Assembly (NCBI RefSeq): GCF_004010195.1 | Contig: NC_057749.1 | Coordinates: 8,063,901 to 8,127,900, forward strand | Direction of reading: 5' to 3' | DNA from: Chiloscyllium plagiosum | Taxonomy: Eukaryota | Length of the DNA: 64,000 nt | In this document: positions 11,051 through 23,436 of the stretch, piece by piece | Numbering within the stretch: the first letter of the stretch is position 1 | How the letters are laid out: each line of letters starts with the position of its first letter | Translations under genes and position numbers: made by a program | The notes under the pieces: model-generated | Seen by the model: only the letters and a program-made list of their open reading frames with translations | Database searches by the model: none | What the model was told of the DNA's origin: nothing

Positions 11051-11774
11051 TGCAGCACTGCCTAGAACTACAATGCACTACAATGATATAATTGAAAGCA
11101 AAATGATTGCAGGGCTAGGGTAAAGAGCTGGAAAGATTGCGACTAAATTGGGAAATACCTTTCAAAAAGACAAAGCGGACGTGATGGGCTGAATAGCCTC
11201 CTTGTCCACTTCAAGATTCCGTGAAATCTGCAAGGGACAGCTCTTCAGAAAGCAGCCCGATGTGCTCTGTTTCAAAGTGACGGGCTTGTTAAATGGCTTG
11301 TCTTAACTGTTTCTCCCAAGGAAGCATCATTTCGCTGCAAGTCCTGTCATTTGATGTTCGCTGTCGCGGTTCGGGCTTTTTTTTTCGTCTTCTCTTGTGG
11401 AGGTGGAAGGTGCAGGCAAATTGAAAATGACAATGAAAGGAATTCGCCGCATCATTTATTCATTCTGTGGAAACTCAGGAATGACAATCCTGTCAAGCAA
11501 CCCATTTGAAAGGGCAGACAGCTCGCTCTGGATTTATACCCACAGCCTGATTACTTGAGTCTAAAAGTATGGGTAGACAGAATGGTCAGAGACACAGAGG
11601 ATATCTCACCAGTGACAAGAAGTTAACGACATTCTCTTGCAAGTGTAAAGGACACATAACTCACTTCTATCAGAATTGCAAGTGAGTTAGGCACTCCAAC
11701 AACAATAACCTGCATTCATAAGGCACCGTGCACATTCCAAGACATTTTACAGAGGAGCAGTGTCAAATAGGAAA

Positions 11775-12290
11775 GACACTGGCCTAGCAGTAAAATCACT
11801 AGACTGTTAATCCAGAAAGTCAGCTAATGTCCTGGGGACTGTGGTTAAAATTTTGTCATTGTCAATGGTGGAATTTGAATTAAAAAGGAATCTGGAATTT
11901 AAGGTCTAATAATGACCATGAAAAAATTGTTGAGGGGGATAAAAAAAAATCTGATCCACCAATTCCCCTTAGGGAAAAAAATCTATCATCCTTACCTGAT
12001 CTGGCCTTCTTGTTAGGTGGATTGGCCATGCTAAATTGCCTGCAGTGTCCAGGGATGTGTCGGCGAGACATGGGAAATGCAGGGTTACAGGGAAAGAGTA
12101 GGGGGTTTGGGTCAAGGTGAGATGCTCTTTGGAGGGTTGGTGTGGACTCAATGGGCCAAATGGCCTGCTTCCACACTGGAGGGATTCTATGATTCTTTGT
12201 GACTCCAGACCCACAGCAATGTCCTCTGGATCATAAGTGCTGACCTAGTCAGAGATGCTCACATCCTGTGAGTGAAGTAAGGAAAAAACA
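11775..12290 (+). mobile_element. SINE family 2 with HE1 3' half inserted at ~12012-12197
   Basis: 'ccttacctgatctggcc' [HE1 tail] 'gtgactccagacccacagcaatg'. Confidence 0.75.
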
Positions 12291-12529
12291 GAATTTGGCA
12301 CAGAGCTACCAAAGATGGTATATGAGAACGGGTGACTTATGCTTGGTTTGAGAATTAATTATTACGACCGTTGGATGGAGAGGTTTGCTTTTAAGTTGAG
12401 GGGGGGTATTTCAGAGCTTTGAGCCCAGGCACCAGAGCAATGCAACAAAAATCAAGGAGACCCAAGAGGGTAAAATTACAGAAACACAGAGATGTCAGAT
12501 GACCACAGAGCAGGAGGTGATTGCAGAGT

Positions 12530-12685
12530 CATTGAGACGTACATCATGGAAGCAGACCCTTTCATCCAACTCATCCATGCCAACCAGATATCCAATATTA
12601 ATCTATTCCCATTTGCCAGCATTTGGCCTACATTCCTCTAAACCCTTCCTTTTAAATGTTATAATTGTACCAGTCTCCACCACCA
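12530..12685 (-). mobile_element. CR1/HER1-type LINE tail
   Basis: 'catggaagcagaccc...ccaactcatccatgcc...cccatttgccagcatttggcc'. Confidence 0.8.
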
Positions 12686-13269
12686 GTAAGGTAAGAGGTA
12701 GACTAGGAATCAGTATGAGTCAGAGAGCACTGGAGATGATTTGTGAACTGGAACATGTTGCTTTATACTACCATAGAAATAAACTCTCTGTTCAATCATC
12801 TTTGATATTTTGTTTGCTAGGCTAAAGTGAGCCATACCTGAAATAATGTTTTACCCACTCAATCTCAATAGTTGAACACAGCTAACACTTACCTTCACTC
12901 AAGCTTAACTTGATTCTCTAAGTATGGGAACTCTCTTCCCACTGAAAAGCGGTGACTGCAGTTCAGATCCATAGGTATAGCACAGTGTAGCACAGTTCTC
13001 TCCTGGTTTATTATGAAGTTCTGGAATGAGCATTTGCATTCAATGAATACATCCATTCATAATCAGAGCCATAAGTTTACAGTGAATCCAGAGGTCCAAT
13101 TCTCCTGTTTCTGCCAAACAAATTTCCCAGGACACCCAGAAGCTCTGAGGGGGCCATATTCGGTAACTATATTCATAGAAAGCAAACTTTATGAGGGAAT
13201 GGTGCAAATTGATTGACCAGACAACTCTGCTTGGTCTGGACACTGCCACAGAGAATGTTTAAGCAATCT

Positions 13270-13625
13270 ATTATCCCCATGCTCAAGAATCGTAGAATCC
13301 CTACAGTGTGGGAGCCGGGCCTATGGCCATCGAGATCACACCGACCTTCTGAAGAGCATCCTACCCACATCCACCTCCCCTACCCTAATCCCACATTTCT
13401 CATGGCTAATCCTCCCAGCCTGCATAGCCCTGGACACTACGGGAAATTTAGCATGGCCAATCCACCTAACCTGCATATCTTTGGACTGCGGGAGGAAACC
13501 GGAGCACCCGGAGGAAACCCACTCAGACATGGGGAGAATGTGCAAACTTCCCACGAACTGTCAGCTGAGGGTGAAATCAAACCCAGGGTCCTTGGTGCTG
13601 TGGGGCAATGGCTGAGCCACTGTGC
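13270..13625 (-). mobile_element. HE1 SINE
   Basis: Reverse-complement HE1. Confidence 0.9.
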
Positions 13626-13856
13626 TTTAATTTAATTTAAAACAAAAGATGCAACACCTGGACATGTCCCTTTTGTTTACAGAGGACAGCTCCCAGCACA
13701 TCAATATATGTGACTTCTAGCCAGAGTACATGAGCTATATTGCAAATCTGGCTGATAAATTTAAATGGATTGTTAGTATAATTCAAAGTTTGTGCGAAGA
13801 TTTGTAGCTCGGGTGCTCGTTGTTGTGGTTCTGTTCGCCGAGCTGGAAGTTTTTGT

Positions 13857-13897
13857 TGCAAACGTTTCGTCCCCTGGCTAGGCGACATCATCAGTGC
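13857..13897 (-). ncRNA. Minimal type-I hammerhead ribozyme motif (PLE inverted terminus)
   Basis: Minus strand reads GCA-CUGAUGA-U-GUCGCCU-agcc-AGGGGAC-GAAA-C-GUU-UGC. Confidence 0.75.
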
Positions 13898-14459
13898 TTG
13901 GGAGCCTCCTGCGAAGCGCTTCTTCCTCCTAGCAGCACTAGAATGCACACTCAGGAACAATGGACTGACAGAAGAGACACAACAAACAGTGAGACAAACT
14001 GTCGTACCTATGATAATAAGGAAAAGACAAACACATAACCTCAACACCAAGGAGAGGGAAGCACTGAAATCACTAAGAAACGATAAGAACATAATCATAC
14101 TACCAGCAGATAAAGGCAGAATGACGGTCATCCTAGATAAATCTGATTACATCCAAAAAGCACAACAACTACTTGCAGATATCAACACCTACCAAATGAA
14201 GGAATTTGACCCCACACCACAACTCACCAATAGGATAAATAACACACTAAGGAATAGGTCAAGCCAGACAGAGAACAGCCAGGGAATTCCTAGAGGCATG
14301 GCATTCATCCACAAACTCCATCAACAAACACATCGACCTGGACCCAATATACCAACCACTACAGTGGACAGCTGAAACTGACAACCGGAAGCGGCAGGGA
14401 CAGACCACTATAAACACCGGAGGAAACATCAAAGAAGCGCTTCGCAGGAGGCTCCCCAA

Positions 14460-14499
14460 GCACTGATGATATCGCCTAGCCAGGGGACGAAACGTTTGC
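14460..14499 (+). ncRNA. Minimal type-I hammerhead ribozyme motif (PLE 3' terminus)
   Basis: GCA-CUGAUGA-U-AUCGCCU-agcc-AGGGGAC-GAAA-C-GUU-UGC; the first stem II base has mutated G>A relative to the partner copy. Confidence 0.65.
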
Positions 14500-14679
14500 A
14501 ACAAAAACTTCCAGCTCGGCGAACAGAACCACAACAGTTAGTATAATTCTCATCACATTTAGGAAAACGTTACCCCTTTCTTATTTAGTATAAATTGTTG
14601 TTCCTTTTGAAATTTGATATTCTTGCATGTGTCCTGTTAAGTGCAAGATGGAAAGCCTTGACAGCATATGGCTTTTTGT

Positions 14680-15015
14680 AGAATTTCATACAATCCCCAC
14701 AGTGTAGAAACAGGCCATTTGGTCCAACAAGCCCACACCGACCCTGTGAAGAGTATCCCACCCAGACCCATTTTCCCCTACCCTATTACTATACATTTCC
14801 CCTGTCCAATGCCCCTAACCTACATATCCCTGAACACTACGGGCAATTTCACATGGCCAATCTGCCTAACCTGCACATCCTTCGACTGAGGAAACTCACG
14901 CAGACACGGGAAGAATGTGCAAACTCCACACAGACAGTCGCCTGAGGCTGGATTCAAACCTGGATTCCTGGCACTGTGAGGCAGCAGTGCTAACCACTGA
15001 GCCACCATGCCACCC
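14680..15015 (-). mobile_element. HE1 SINE
   Basis: Reverse-complement HE1 with head 'gggtggcatggtggctcagtggttagc'. Confidence 0.92.
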
Positions 15016-15814
15016 AAGACTTAAGTTCTATTCTACCAAGTGGCTAATTCTGTTCATTTTCCTGTGAAACTGGGATATCAATGGACTGAATCAGAATTGA
15101 GAGAATTTCTTTGAGTCCACTTATGGCTGAGCCTGTATAAAACTCCAGCACATTCTGTCAGAAACATTAATGCTTATAAACCATATTTAATTTGATCACA
15201 AGGATTTTGAAGGCCTGTGGTCATCTAACTAAAGTCCTCAACTATTCTGTTTTAATCCCCATAAAGTTTGATCATGATATGGGAGAATATTTTATTCAAA
15301 TGAGTTTGCACACTCTTCTCAGGCTTGAGATTAATACAATTGAGAATAATAAGTGCCTTGGTATGTCTTTACTTTCTAGAATTGATCCTACATTGATGGG
15401 ATTTAAAGCAGTCCTGGGAAGACCAGGCCTATGGAGAGACCTACAGACTTTATAACCAGAAAGAGTGGTGGCCTGGGTGAAACAGGGAGGTAAGATGGGG
15501 GTGTAAGTGAGTATTATTTCCAATAGCTATTTGGAGGGCAGTGTCAAGGTTCATGGTGAATGAGGAGAGAGAGGTCCATTTAACTGATGAGGTTCAAGCT
15601 TTGCAGGTCTGGACTAGGCCGGGTTCAACCAAATCTAATTTTCCATTGACTGGACTTGGCTTGGCTCTTTGAGGATAGTCTGGGCCAGTTGTGGAACTGG
15701 CAATTTCCAAAAAAGAGTCTTACCAAATGATGTGAGATTGTCTTTCTCTCTGAGTGCTTTACCTGATGCAGACATTATCTCCCATAATATAAGAAACTGG
15801 GCCCAGGATATCAT

Positions 15815-15889
15815 GGTAATGAAGAATCCAACAGGATTCTTCATTACCTGAGGAATATACAAGCACTATATTCCTCAGGTACTTAAGTA
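15815..15889. repeat. Chain of perfect inverted repeats
   Basis: ggtaatgaagaatcc-aaca-ggattcttcattacc (15815-15848); tacctgaggaatata-caagcac-tatattcctcaggta (15845-15881); tacttaagta (15880-15889). Confidence 0.9.
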
Positions 15890-16361
15890 GCTGAGTTAAT
15901 ACTAACCTATTAATTTACAACAAAGCAGGATGGTTCAAGCAGAGTGACATGCTTCAAGTGATCCAAGGTAAGGCGGAATATGTGACCTTGGTGCCACCAA
16001 GGCAGATGCTCTGATAGAGTGATGATATTATGTGTATGACTCTTCAAGGTGTATAGTCTGTCAGCAATAATTCAACATCATTATAATGCTCTCAGTCCCA
16101 ATCGAAAAGATATAAGATTTAAGAAAGATATAAACGTGAAAAGAAAAAGGGCATGTTGATGGGGTGAGATGAAGTAAGGTGGGCTGAAGCTTGTGTGGAG
16201 CTTAAATACCAGTATAGACTCATTGGCCTGAATGGCCTTCTCAGTGCTGTACATTTTATGAAATGCCCTCCAAACATTATGAGCTGTAGGGGAACTTGTA
16301 TGTGCAACAATAACGTACAGGTTCACAAGACAAACAAGCAAAATGTTAGTCCCTAAAGTGG

Positions 16362-16790
16362 AAAACCATCCCCAAAAACAGAGTAAAATTCTCTCTAATG
16401 AACAGAGGAAATTATCCCCAAAACACAGAGAAAATCATCTCCAATAAATAGAGAAATGTTCTGCCACCAGTCCCCGCAAAAAAGGAAGTAATCTCCAAAA
16501 CAGAGAAAATAATCCCTGATAAACTGAGGAAACTTCTCCCCAATAAACCCAAGCATTCTTCCACTAAACTGTCCTAAAAGAAGTCCCTAATAAACAGAGA
16601 AATGTTCTTCCCAATAAAGAGAAAATTATCCCCAATAAAAACAGAGAAATGTTCTCTCCAGTAATGAGGAAATCATCCCCAAAACATAAAGAGACTTACT
16701 CCAATAAACATGAAAAATTCTCCCTGGAAAACTGAGAAAATCTTTCCCAACCCACGGAGAAAGTCTTCCCCAATAATTTTCATGAATAAC
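16362..16790 (+). repeat. Degenerate minisatellite, unit ~22-24 bp (AAACAGAGAAAATTNTCCCCAAT)
   Basis: Recurring aacagagaaa...ccccaata units, roughly 17-18 copies. Confidence 0.85.
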
Positions 16791-17824
16791 AAGAAATAAT
16801 CTTCTTTCATTCTGTAGGATTTGCCTCTTTTTGATTAGATTGGATTAGATTCCCTTCGTCCTCTGTGTTCCTGTACTTCGGTCTTTCTGTTTATTTTTCT
16901 GTAAATCTGTAACATCACAAATAAATAATTAGCTACAGTCACATCTGCAAAATCATTTTACCAATACCCAATAGTGGAATGTATTCGAGACAGAGACTTG
17001 AAATTCGCAAGTAAATACTCTTTCAACTCAGCACAGATTTCCACTTTAAATGATTTTCATGCAAAATTTAAGATTTCAATTTCATATTTTTGAACAGCTG
17101 CTGCTTTTATTGTAAATTTATGGGAAAAGTGTGTCTAATCCTGTGAGACAACATATACAAAACTGTCAGTGAATTATTGTTGGTATTCTGATAATAAGAT
17201 TATTCTGCCTTGTTATACACTGTGATACTGGTACCCATCTGTGTTTCAGTACCTAGAGTGGCATCTAAATACCTTCAATAGATTTCTGAGAAAAAAAAAC
17301 AATTATTTTCATTTATTTAAAACTCTGCCACTCCAGCTGTTTTCAAGAGGGACCCGCTGTTTTAATTGCCTTGCAAATTTTGCAATTAATCTCTGCATGG
17401 CAATCTGGAGGACTTTTGACAGCAATGACGAACATCATTTGGTTCACAAAGTTTTGTTATGAGGTGCCATTAGGAACAAAATAAGCTGTTTGTTGCCTAT
17501 CAGAAGGAATATTCAGGAAAACTGGAAATTAAGAAGAAGAGTAGGACATCATACCTGCTCAGCCATTGATCATGGCTGATTCTCAATTTCAACACAAATT
17601 TTCACTCTCTCCCCACACCCCTTGGCACCTATAGTATCTACCTATTTATTTATTAAATATTCAATGACTTGGCCTCTGCAGTCTTCTCATCAAATATCTG
17701 TTGCAGGTCAAAAGGTGGGTTGCAAGGAATTTTGCTGCAGGAAGGAAGTATCGATTCTCAACCCTAACTAAGGTTAAAGTCTGAGGTTACAGGTTAGGCA
17801 ACTGAGGAATGACATGTGGAGAAA

Positions 17825-18010
17825 TTCCGTCACCAGTGGAATTCTCCGCCACTGAAAGCAGTTGAAACCAAAACATTTGAATACTTTCAAGAAAGAGTTA
17901 GATATAGTTCTGAGGGCTAAAGGGATCAAAGGGAATGGTGAAAAAGAGAGAACCATTATCATTTGAATGGCAGACTTGAAGGGCTGAATGGCCTGCTCAT
18001 GCAGTTATTT
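17825..18010 (+). mobile_element. CR1 LINE 3' fragment
   Basis: 'gtggaattctc...ttcaagaaagagttagatatag...gaagggctgaatggcctgctc'. Confidence 0.7.
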
Positions 18011-18849
18011 TATATGTGACTAAACTCAATGACTAGTAATGGACAGTGTTGCTGACATGGCTTTCAAGTGACACTTATACAGCAATAACCTCTTCAAAAG
18101 TGCTTAGTTCCCAACTAACTCGAAACATTACCTGGGTCTCTCGATTAAGTCGAGCAATAATACGACTAAGCCATCACCTCCCCTTCCAATGTTATTGCAG
18201 AATTCCAGCACTTCCAGCATTTTCCTTTTGACTTTAACTCAGTCTGGCCAAGCGAATTCAGATCTAGCTTCTGCATCTCCATGGATTTAGCAACCCAGTC
18301 AGTCTGCGTGTAGATCGCAAGTCTCTCCTAGACCTGGTTTTTAATCCTTTTTTAAGTATTACGTACTCTTTAAGTCTGAAGCTTCAAATCAAGGTTTAGA
18401 GTTTGTGATTTATAAACAAGCTTCTCTCTTGTGTCATGTCCCTGAGCTCTTCCAGTCCTTATTTGTGCTGCCCCATTTGCTTATCATAGAAACAAAGGAA
18501 CTAGAATAGGCCATTCAGCCCTTCACCATGACCACAGCTGACCATCCAACTCTGCCCTGTTCCAACTTTCTCCCACATGCATTGATCTCTTTAACCCTAA
18601 GAACTATACCTAACTCCTTTTTGAAAACAATCATTCGCAATAAAGTACAATATAACTCATGGGAACTGGAACATGTAGAACATAGAAGAGTAGAACAAAG
18701 GAAAAGGCTGGCCCAACAGGGCTGTGTTAACCATAATGCCATTCTAAATGAGTCCCATCTGTCTGTACATGGACCCTATCCCTCTATTCCCTGCCTGTTC
18801 ATGTGCCTATCCAAATGCACCTTAAATGTTATGTGTTAGAATCATGAGG

Positions 18850-20095
18850 AATTGTGTGGGTTATTTTATCCTTGCATACTGGCAAGGCTGGTATGATTTT
18901 CCCAAACCCAGACACTCGATGTCACTTCAGAAGGTTAAGGGTCAGTCACTTTGCCGGGGTCTAAAATGACCTATAAGGCAGGTTGGGTGAGGAGGACAGA
19001 TTTCCTTCCCTAAAGCAGATTATTGAACCTGATGAGTTTTACACAATCAGCAATAGCTACATGATTACCATTAGGTTAGCTTCTAATTCCAGATTTCACC
19101 ATCTGCCATGGTTGGATATGAACCCATGCCCTCAGAAGAGAAAATGCTAGAGAAACTCAGCAGTTCTGGCAGTATCTGTGGAGAGAGAAGCAGAGTCAAC
19201 TTTTTGTGCCTCTGGGCACCATCGCAAGCTGTTCCACTCACTCCTCCTTCCTTGCTGTCTGCAGTATATAAAACATTCATCATTTTCCAGCTCCTTTCAG
19301 CTCTGAGGAAGATTCAAAGTGTTAACTTTGTTTTTCCTCTGTCTACAGATGCTGCATGGTCGCTCAGTGGTTAGCATTGCTGCCTCACAGCGTCAAGTAC
19401 CTGGATTCAATTCCCGCCTTGGGTGACTGTCTGTGTGGAGTTTGCACATTCTCCCTTTGCCTGTGCGAGTTTCCTCCGGTTTCCTCCCACAATCCAAAGG
19501 TCAGGTGAATTAGTCATGCTAAATTGCCCATAGTGTTAGGAGCATTAGTCAGAGGTAAATATAGGGCAGGAGATGGGTCTGGGTGGGTTCCTCTTCAGAG
19601 GGTCAGTGTGGACTTGTTGGGCCGACGGGCTTGTTTCCATACTGTAGGTAATCTAATCAAAGACCTACTGAGTCTACCCACAATTATCTGCTTTTATTTC
19701 AGATTTCCAGCATCCACATTTTTTTGTCTTTTGATTTCAGTGGCACGGTGGCTCACTGCTGCCTCACAGTGCCAGGATGCAGGTTCAATTCCGCCCTCAG
19801 GCAACAGTCTGTGTGGAGTTTGCATGCTCTCCCAGTGTCTGTGGGGGTTTCCTCCAGTTTCCTCCCACAGTCCAAAGGTGTGCAGGTTAGGTGGATCGGC
19901 CATGGGAAACATGGGATGATGGGGTAAGGGAAGGGGGCTGAATCTGGGTGGGATGGTCTTTGTAGGGTCAGTGCAGATACAATGGGCTGAATGGCCTCTT
20001 TCTACACTTATGGGGATTCTATGACCCCAGAATATTAGTCTGGGGTTCCAGATCTCTAATCTTGTGGCATTACTACTAAACCACCTCCTCCCTGA
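18850..20095. mobile_element. Nested cluster: SINE family 2 (-) containing a PLE family-C element, itself containing two HE1 SINEs (+; 19355-19660, 19742-20023)
   Basis: The SINE is broken at ~19135 and resumes at ~20025. The PLE terminus 'tctacagatgctgc' [HE1] resumes as 'agacctactgagtctaccca'. Confidence 0.7.
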
Positions 20096-20737
20096 TCCAG
20101 CCTAATGAGTGGCTTTCCTGTTATGAAACATTTATGAAAATCCATTCTCGAAAATGTTTTTAAACAAATTGTTTTCTATTCAAATGTGTTCTGTGGTCTG
20201 TCAAATTCTGAGAGGAAGACTAATGATGAGCATTGAAAGCACTCTTTAAATTACTCTTCCCATGCTTTAATAGAGCAAATTTCTCTGCTGTTCTGTGTAC
20301 AGCCCATCCATCTGTATCTGTATCCTATGTGGCATGTTGATCCATAGACTAATGGCTCAGTCTTATCATCAGAGGCAGAAAGTGAGAGAGCAACCTTTAG
20401 GATTCAATTTTGCTGCAGTTAGCTTGTTTCCATCAATGCAATTGAACTATTATAAGTTGGTATGGAGTTGACAATTATTGGATGCAAAAACATGACCTTC
20501 CCAAGTTGTAGTACAACACTGATATTTGTGTGAACATAATGCTTGTGAGGTAACACTGCAGTTCTGAAAGAGTTAATGTAGCATTGAGATCTATCCAATC
20601 AGACAATAGAACACAGTCTTTGGGTTGGAGAACCTAGATCATTTAATACAAGCTCGCAATGAGGATAGAAAAGTCACATCCGGCTCCTGGTAGTTTGAAG
20701 TATTTCTAGATGCTTTCTTAATCAATCTGCTGTGACA

Positions 20738-20837
20738 CAAAAACAGAAATTTCTGGAAAATCTCAGCAGGCCTGGCAGCATCTGTGGGGAGAAATCCGAG
20801 TTAATGTTTTGAATTCAGTGGCACTTCCTCAGAACTG
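20738..20837 (-). mobile_element. PLE family-C 3' terminus with decayed hammerhead
   Basis: Minus strand: 'gttctgaggaagtgccactgaattcaaaacattaactcggatttctccccacagatgctgccaggcctgctgag'. Confidence 0.7.
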
Positions 20838-21017
20838 TTATGACACACATCTGGAGCAGGTGGGACTTGAGCCTTGGTCTTCTGGCCCATATGTAGGGAT
20901 GCTGCTACTGCATCACTTCCCTGAAGTCATCGTATCAAACCAGTCAATATAACATTTGCGACCATGCAATACATTACCTCAAGTTATTGAGCTAAGTGCT
21001 TCTTCTTGTAAAGAGTC

Positions 21018-21229
21018 AATGTGGAGGAGCCGGTATTGGACTGGGGTGTATAAAGTTAAAAATCACTCTACACCAGGTTATAGTCCAAAAGATTTAGTTG
21101 GAAGTACAAAGCTTTCGGATCACTGCTCCTGCTACCTGACAAAGAAGCAGCACTCCAAAAGCTTGTACTTCCAAATGTGATTTTTAACTTTGTTCATCCC
21201 CCTCATCCAACACCGGCACCTCCACATCA
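21018..21229. mobile_element. Palindromic PLE family-B mini-element
   Basis: Outer ends atgtggaggagccggtattgga / tccaacaccggcacctccacat; inner arms ttggaagtacaaagctttcgga / tccaaaagcttgtacttccaa around 'cctgacaaagaagcagcactccaaaa'. Confidence 0.8.
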
Positions 21230-22284
21230 TTTTGGACTTAGTAAGGCTCAACACTAGTCTATCCTCTACTCCTGATAATTAGACACAGTAGGGAAATTGA
21301 GTGATAAGATGGGCAAGAGAGTAATTCTAATTCACCGTATTCTGCAAGATGTTGGTACAAATTCCATCTTTGTTGATCGTTTATCCATTGTTCCTTCTGC
21401 ATAAGGCAGGTCCGGAATCGCAAGGGTGATGCCAAAGGCAGTTTGCGAGGGCATGTTGCATAGATTTAGTTTTGCTAAAGTGCCTGCGCAGTGGCTGTAT
21501 ACTCCACTAGCGTTTGTTTATTATTTAAAATGGTAGGAATAGGATTTGTGGCTGCACTCAACCTCAACTACCCAGAGCCCTCAGCTCAAGCAGTGTCCCA
21601 GCTTGGTACAAAACTGAAGGGAGACCATTCCATTTGGAGCAGCGTAACATGTACCTCCTGGATTTATCATAATATTATACTTTAGGCACACTTCTAATGG
21701 ACTATTCCATGTTAAATCTTTATTGCACTAGCAAAAACTTGCCACAGAAATCCATTGCACAAAGCCATTACTCCCTTCAAAGGGGGCCAGTTTCATAAAA
21801 GGGAAATTCTGCTGGGGGGGTGTCGGGGGTTAAGACATGTTCCTGCTTCACTGTCAAAGAAGCATTGCCCTTCATCTGACCTATGGTGTACCAACAGCGA
21901 GCAGAAAACATGTTCCATTCGTAGCACAAATGTCTCTCACTTTGATTGGCACAACAAAACCTCCCCCTCCCCCATTTCCAATAAAAAGAACACTAAACAA
22001 AAACATTTGTGCCATTGCAGAGATTGAAGCTGTGAGTGTCAACTGGGAAATGTTCCATTCTGTCACAAAGTCATAGCATTGATAGGGGTGACTCAGAATG
22101 TATAATTCATGCCCTGTTTGAGCTCCAGTTATTCCCACTGATGCCCTTCATGGGAGAAAGTGAGAATTTCAAACCAGATTTGTTAGAAAAGTAGGATGTC
22201 AGAAAGGAACCCAAGACAAAAAGCATCTACAAAAGGAAACAAATGAGATGGTTGCTAATAACTTGTCCTTGTTTCTATGCTAGA

Positions 22285-22590
22285 AACATGTGGAAGCAGG
22301 CCATTCAGCCTATCAAGTCCACACCAACCCTTAAAGAGCAATCCTCCCCCTGCACTTTTCCCATGACCAATCCACCCAACCTGCACATCCATGGACACTA
22401 TGCACAATTTAGCATAGCCAATCCACCGAACCTGCACATCTTTGGATTGCGGGAGGAAACCAGTGGACCCAGAGGAAGCCCATGGAGACACAAGGAGAAT
22501 GTGCAAACTCCACACAGCGGCTGGAATTGATCCCAGATCCTTGGAACTGTAAGGCAGCAGTGCTAACCACTGAGCCACTGTGCTGCCCCT
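22285..22590 (-). mobile_element. HE1 SINE
   Basis: Reverse-complement HE1. Confidence 0.9.
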
Positions 22591-23436
22591 AGTGTGAGGG
22601 GAGGGCAGAAAAGAATAATCAAGACCATTAAGCTTGCTGTGCAACGGCAAAATCCAATGTGTGGAATCTTCAATGATACAGGACAGTGTTATTCTGGTTC
22701 AGGGGCACAGATAACAGAGAGACTTCCTCCTCTACAGAGTTACAAGCATAGTGTTAATTAAAACTCATTCTTACTCCAAACATTCTACTTAAACAAGCTC
22801 CCAGGAGCACATTCCAAGTCTCTGGACATCTTCTTGGTTTTATTACAATACCACATCACTGCAAATTGTTTAGTTGCTTTTATTAAAACATTTATGGAAA
22901 GATGCCTGAGAGAATTATCCAGTCTTCTTCCGAGGAACTGGGTGGGAGATCAAATACAATAAACGATCAGACACAAGGCAGTCCGAGATTGAAGACTTGT
23001 TCCATGAAGTGGCAAATGAATCGAAAGAAATTTAACTCCATCACTGGTGACAAAACCTGCTTCTGCACACACCTATGGGGGCTTTGTGATGGAGGTCAAA
23101 AACCAGCAATGCTGAAATGGAAACTTACAGCTGAACGGTGAATCCAAGAAATGAAGGAGGAAGCTAAAAATAAAGGAACCGGCAGAACAATGTCTATTGT
23201 CTCCCTGAGCCGAGCTTTCACTCTCTCTAACTCTCCCTCTTCCTTGTTTTTTTCAATAGCCTTACCTTTGATGGCGAGCACTCAGGGAGTCCCAAGAGCT
23301 CTGGCATGATGGACTTTTATGTAAATATTGTAATCTGGACAGAGCCAAATGGCCTACTCTTTTTTGTTTGTTTCATTGTATTTAGAGCTATGGTAGAGTA
23401 ATGGTAGAGGCTACATCAACAAGGCCAACCATGATG

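Larger units (their letters stand above)
13785..14536 (+). mobile_element. Internally deleted Penelope-like element with inverted pseudo-LTR and 13-bp TSD
   Basis: TSD gttagtataattc at 13772-13784 and 14537-14549. RT N-terminal part 'EREALKSLRNDKNIIILPADKGRMTVILDK' is joined to the GIY-YIG C-terminal part 'QRTAREFLEAWHSSTNSINKHIDLDPIYQPL'. 13820-13923 is the reverse complement of ~14433-14536. Confidence 0.92.

Noticed and set aside
13637..14131. 164-aa hydrophobic minus-strand ORF
   Set aside because: It is antisense to the A-rich Penelope RT fragment and pseudo-LTR.
15330..15800. Possible degraded retroelement coding sequence upstream of the hairpin chain
   Set aside because: No RT, endonuclease or recombinase motif could be read in the frames examined; left unclassified.
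16362..16790. CRISPR-like array
   Set aside because: The units are adjacent and degenerate with no unique spacers; the context is eukaryotic and there are no cas genes.
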